Below, in pieces: positions 29,333-32,000 of a DNA stretch of 32,000 bases. Source of the stretch: Candidatus Harpocratesius repetitus (GTDB lineage Archaea > Asgardarchaeota > Lokiarchaeia > Sigyniarchaeales > Promethearchaeaceae); NCBI GenBank assembly GCA_021498095.1, contig JAIZWK010000001.1:3360001-3392000 (forward strand), given 5' to 3'. Made by a program: the position numbers and the translations under genes. Below the pieces are notes generated by a model that worked only from the letters and a program-made list of their open reading frames with translations, was not told the DNA's origin and searched no databases. How positions within the stretch are numbered: position 1 is the stretch's first letter; the number at the start of each line of letters is the position of its first letter.

Positions 29333-30460
29333 TCATTCACTTTTAAAGGATTTCCAATATGGATCAAGAATTTTTTGCAATTTAGGAACCATATTTTCAT
29401 AATTGTAATTTAATACGTTCTGTTCTTCTTCAATAATGCTAGATTCACTAAAAGGAGAAGAATATAACCCTAATCTTGCAATAGTATTTGCAATGGAATG
29501 ACTTAAAGCTGTGATATCATAACCACCTTCTAAAGTACAGAGAATTCTATCATGATCCAGTTCCTTCAAGATAGAATTTATCTCATCCATCATATATGTA
29601 TATGTTTGTTCCATATATCCTAAATTAGTTAATGGATCATTATGATGACCATCATACCCTGCAGAGATTAATAGAAATTCAGGTTGAAATTCACGAAGTG
29701 CTGGAATAACGACTGTTTTAAACATGTACTTAATGCTTTCATGCCCAGAACTAGGTGCTAAGGTTAAATTTAGAATTTTTCCCAGATGCATTCCAGCCCC
29801 AATTTCATCAACATAACAAGTGCCTGGATAAAGCGTATCGGGATGCTGATGAAGAGAAATCATTAAAAGATCCGCAGGAATATATCCTTGATTAATTAGA
29901 TCTTCCGTTCCATTACCTGCATGGGCATCAAAATCAACAATTGCAATTTTCTTTAAACCATATTTGTGATACAGAAAATTCACAGCTAAGGCAATGTTAT
30001 TGAAAATACAAAATCCTCGCGCATTAGCATAGTCAGAGTGATGACCAGGAGGCCGACATAGATTAAAAGCGCGTTCAACTTTTTTTCCCATGATTGCATC
30101 AATTGCTGTAAACATTCCTCCAGCAGCATAAAGTGCAGCTACATAACTTTGGGGAGATGCAACTGTTTCACCATATCGTTTACTAAAAGAGTCAAGATAG
30201 ATTTGATATGGGACAGTTTTTGCTTCTTCACAGCGAATTTTAGCTGTTTGAATTAAATCTGGAGAATGGCACCATTTTATTTCTTCAACTGTAGCTTTTC
30301 TTGGGTTCAAGGGAATAATCCATGGATATCTACCATCTCCATAAAAATTAAGTGAAGTTAATGTATCGATCGTTCCTCTTAATCGTTCGGAATTTTCTGG
30401 ATGAGCCCCTGTTTCATGTTGAAGAAAAATCTCATTATAAACAATCCCAACTTTTTTCAC
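29333..30460 (-). CDS. Zn-dependent histone deacetylase / AcuC-family deacylase
   Basis: HPEN..RL, RPPGHH, GFCIFNN, DFDAHAGNGT, SAGYDGH..DPL, LEGGY; GTG start with GGTGA SD. Confidence 0.93.
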   Translation of the reverse strand: MKKVGIVYNEIFLQHETGAHPENSERLRGTIDTLTSLNFYGDGRYPWIIPLNPRKATVEEIKWCHSPDLIQTAKIRCEEAKTVPYQIYLDSFSKRYGETVASPQSYVAALYAAGGMFTAIDAIMGKKVERAFNLCRPPGHHSDYANARGFCIFNNIALAVNFLYHKYGLKKIAIVDFDAHAGNGTEDLINQGYIPADLLMISLHQHPDTLYPGTCYVDEIGAGMHLGKILNLTLAPSSGHESIKYMFKTVVIPALREFQPEFLLISAGYDGHHNDPLTNLGYMEQTYTYMMDEINSILKELDHDRILCTLEGGYDITALSHSIANTIARLGLYSSPFSESSIIEEEQNVLNYNYENMVPKLQKILDPYWKSFKSE

Positions 30461-30618
30461 TTACTCACCAATTATATTTGAACGAATAATTATAATTAAA
30501 TTGATCTTGATTTCGCTTGGATTATTAATGAATAAAATTTTTTATAACTCATATTTTAAAGGATCAAAACCCAAATAAGGATCAAATACAAACTAAAAAT
30601 AGAAAAAAAAATTATCGA

Positions 30619-31197
30619 GTGGAAAGTTCGACTATGACTACCCAAATATATAAACTCAAAATCATCATAATCGGCGAATATGCAGCAGGAAAAACCTCCT
30701 TAATAAAAAATTTTGTTGAGGGGGCATATACGAAAGATTATCGTCCCACAATCGGTTCGAACTTATTTATTAAAAAACTCGCATTTAAAGATAAAATAGA
30801 TAATGAATATTTTTTCACTATTACAGTGTGGGATATTGCAGGACAAGAAAAGTGGACAAGTTTGCGGCAAACTTATTATCGTGGAGCACAAGGTGTTTTT
30901 GTAGTAGGAGATTTAACCCGGAAAAACTCATTTGAGCAAATTGAAAATTTTTGGATCAAAGATTTTAAAGAATTTGGTGGTACTTGTGCAAAAAGTGCTC
31001 CAATTATATTATTAGCAAATAAAAATGACCTTACTCCTGAAATAAAAGAAGAACAGATTCGGGGCATCGCTGAACGCAACGGTGTATTTAAAGTAATATA
31101 TACATCAGCAAAAACTGGTTACCATGTAAATGAAGCCTTTATTGCAATGATTAGAAGTTGTTCTGGTCTTGAGGATATCACACCTATCTCCATTTAA
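30619..31197 (+). CDS. Rab-like small GTPase (Ras superfamily)
   Basis: G1 GEYAAGKT, G2 YRPTIG, G3 WDIAGQE, YYRGA, G4 NKND, G5 SAK. Confidence 0.93.
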   Translation: MESSTMTTQIYKLKIIIIGEYAAGKTSLIKNFVEGAYTKDYRPTIGSNLFIKKLAFKDKIDNEYFFTITVWDIAGQEKWTSLRQTYYRGAQGVFVVGDLTRKNSFEQIENFWIKDFKEFGGTCAKSAPIILLANKNDLTPEIKEEQIRGIAERNGVFKVIYTSAKTGYHVNEAFIAMIRSCSGLEDITPISI

Positions 31198-31290
31198 TTG
31201 AATTTCAATTTAATAAAGTTGATTTTGGGTTATTTTCTCCATTACAGAATCGATACTTTTTTAAATTGTCATACTGATATCAATAATACA

Positions 31291-32000
31291 ATGTCACTCT
31301 CACTTTTGGATACAAGTAATTATTATATAGAGAAAGCTCGAATTCCGCTTTCATTGGTTGGAGGAATTGCAGCTTTTATTAAAATTTTGTTCAACTTTTA
31401 TTATCTGGCATATTTTATTGTTACCTATGAGTTAAGCCTTAATTTCTATGATTATATGCCAATTATTAATTTGCGTCCATTTACCAAAATCTTGATTTTC
31501 TTAATATATTTACCTTTAATTTTGAATACATCAGCGGTTCGAAGTAAATCTAAGCGTATAGCAGCATTAATCTTATGGTTTTTGATTTTTGTATTAGCAT
31601 TTATCATTTATTCTATCTCTTTAGATTTTATACCAGTTATTATTATTCAATCATTTAGATATATTTTTGAAATTGCATTTTTTATTATTACTTTTAAAGC
31701 CCGTCCTGTTTTGAACTTTATCTTACTTTTAATTAGAGGACTCAACATAATCTTATTAGTTTTTCGTATTTTAGTGATGTATTCAGATATTAGCACATTG
31801 ATTCCTTTTTCGATAACATATATATATTCAGCAGAATCTTTTATTGTATTTTTTTGGTGGTCTCTATATTTATTTAGTAATACTGGACGCTCAAATGTAG
31901 TTAAATCAAATATGCAGGAATGGACTCAAAATCAAAACTTATCAACAGCAACAACTACAATGTCAACTACAACAGGTTCGGTTCATTCAGATTCAATAGC
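31291..32000 (+). CDS. Polytopic membrane protein, hypothetical, runs off the window end
   Basis: Translated by hand from the ATG at 31291, no stop before 32000 (MSLSLLDTSNYYIEKARIPLSLVGGIAAFIK...); ~6 hydrophobic helices then a Ser/Thr-rich linker. The start could be further upstream (TTG 31198). Confidence 0.75.
   Translation, partial: MSLSLLDTSNYYIEKARIPLSLVGGIAAFIKILFNFYYLAYFIVTYELSLNFYDYMPIINLRPFTKILIFLIYLPLILNTSAVRSKSKRIAALILWFLIFVLAFIIYSISLDFIPVIIIQSFRYIFEIAFFIITFKARPVLNFILLLIRGLNIILLVFRILVMYSDISTLIPFSITYIYSAESFIVFFWWSLYLFSNTGRSNVVKSNMQEWTQNQNLSTATTTMSTTTGSVHSDSI

Noticed and set aside
29333-30460. HDAC inactivation suggested by DAHAGNG instead of DVHHGNG
   Set aside because: The Zn-ligating Asp and His, the third Asp, the His-His dyad and the catalytic Tyr are all retained.

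Overview
AT-rich archaeal window, most likely from an Asgard (Lokiarchaeia-like) genome. That assignment is inferred from a Rab-like small GTPase (WDIAGQE), GGTGA ribosome-binding sites, oligo-T terminators and large HEAT-repeat proteins. Host genes: two HEAT-repeat proteins, two tandem ICMT/PEMT-family membrane methyltransferases, a nitroreductase, a NifX/NifB-like metal-cofactor protein, a hybrid sensor histidine kinase, a fused double radical-SAM/SPASM enzyme, a divergent Ca2+/cation antiporter, a SIR2-domain large helical protein, a Zn-dependent HDAC-family deacetylase, a Rab-like GTPase and several orphans. Three IS elements are present. (1) A complete IS4-like element (5988-7964, TAAA target duplication) splits the second ICMT gene, and its transposase carries one in-frame TAG. 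(2) A truncated IS6/IS1-like remnant carries one in-frame TAA. (3) An intact IS110 has a long, highly structured upstream non-coding region, a candidate bridge RNA. Best candidates for an undescribed system: the HEAT-repeat protein ending in an H-x-D/W-x-N-rich tail, encoded 9 nt upstream of the double radical-SAM enzyme (possible giant RiPP-like precursor plus maturase); the IS110 RNA; and a SIR2-SHOCT-TPR protein beside the HDAC. No rRNA, tRNA or CRISPR array was seen. All family calls are from motif recognition, not database searches.
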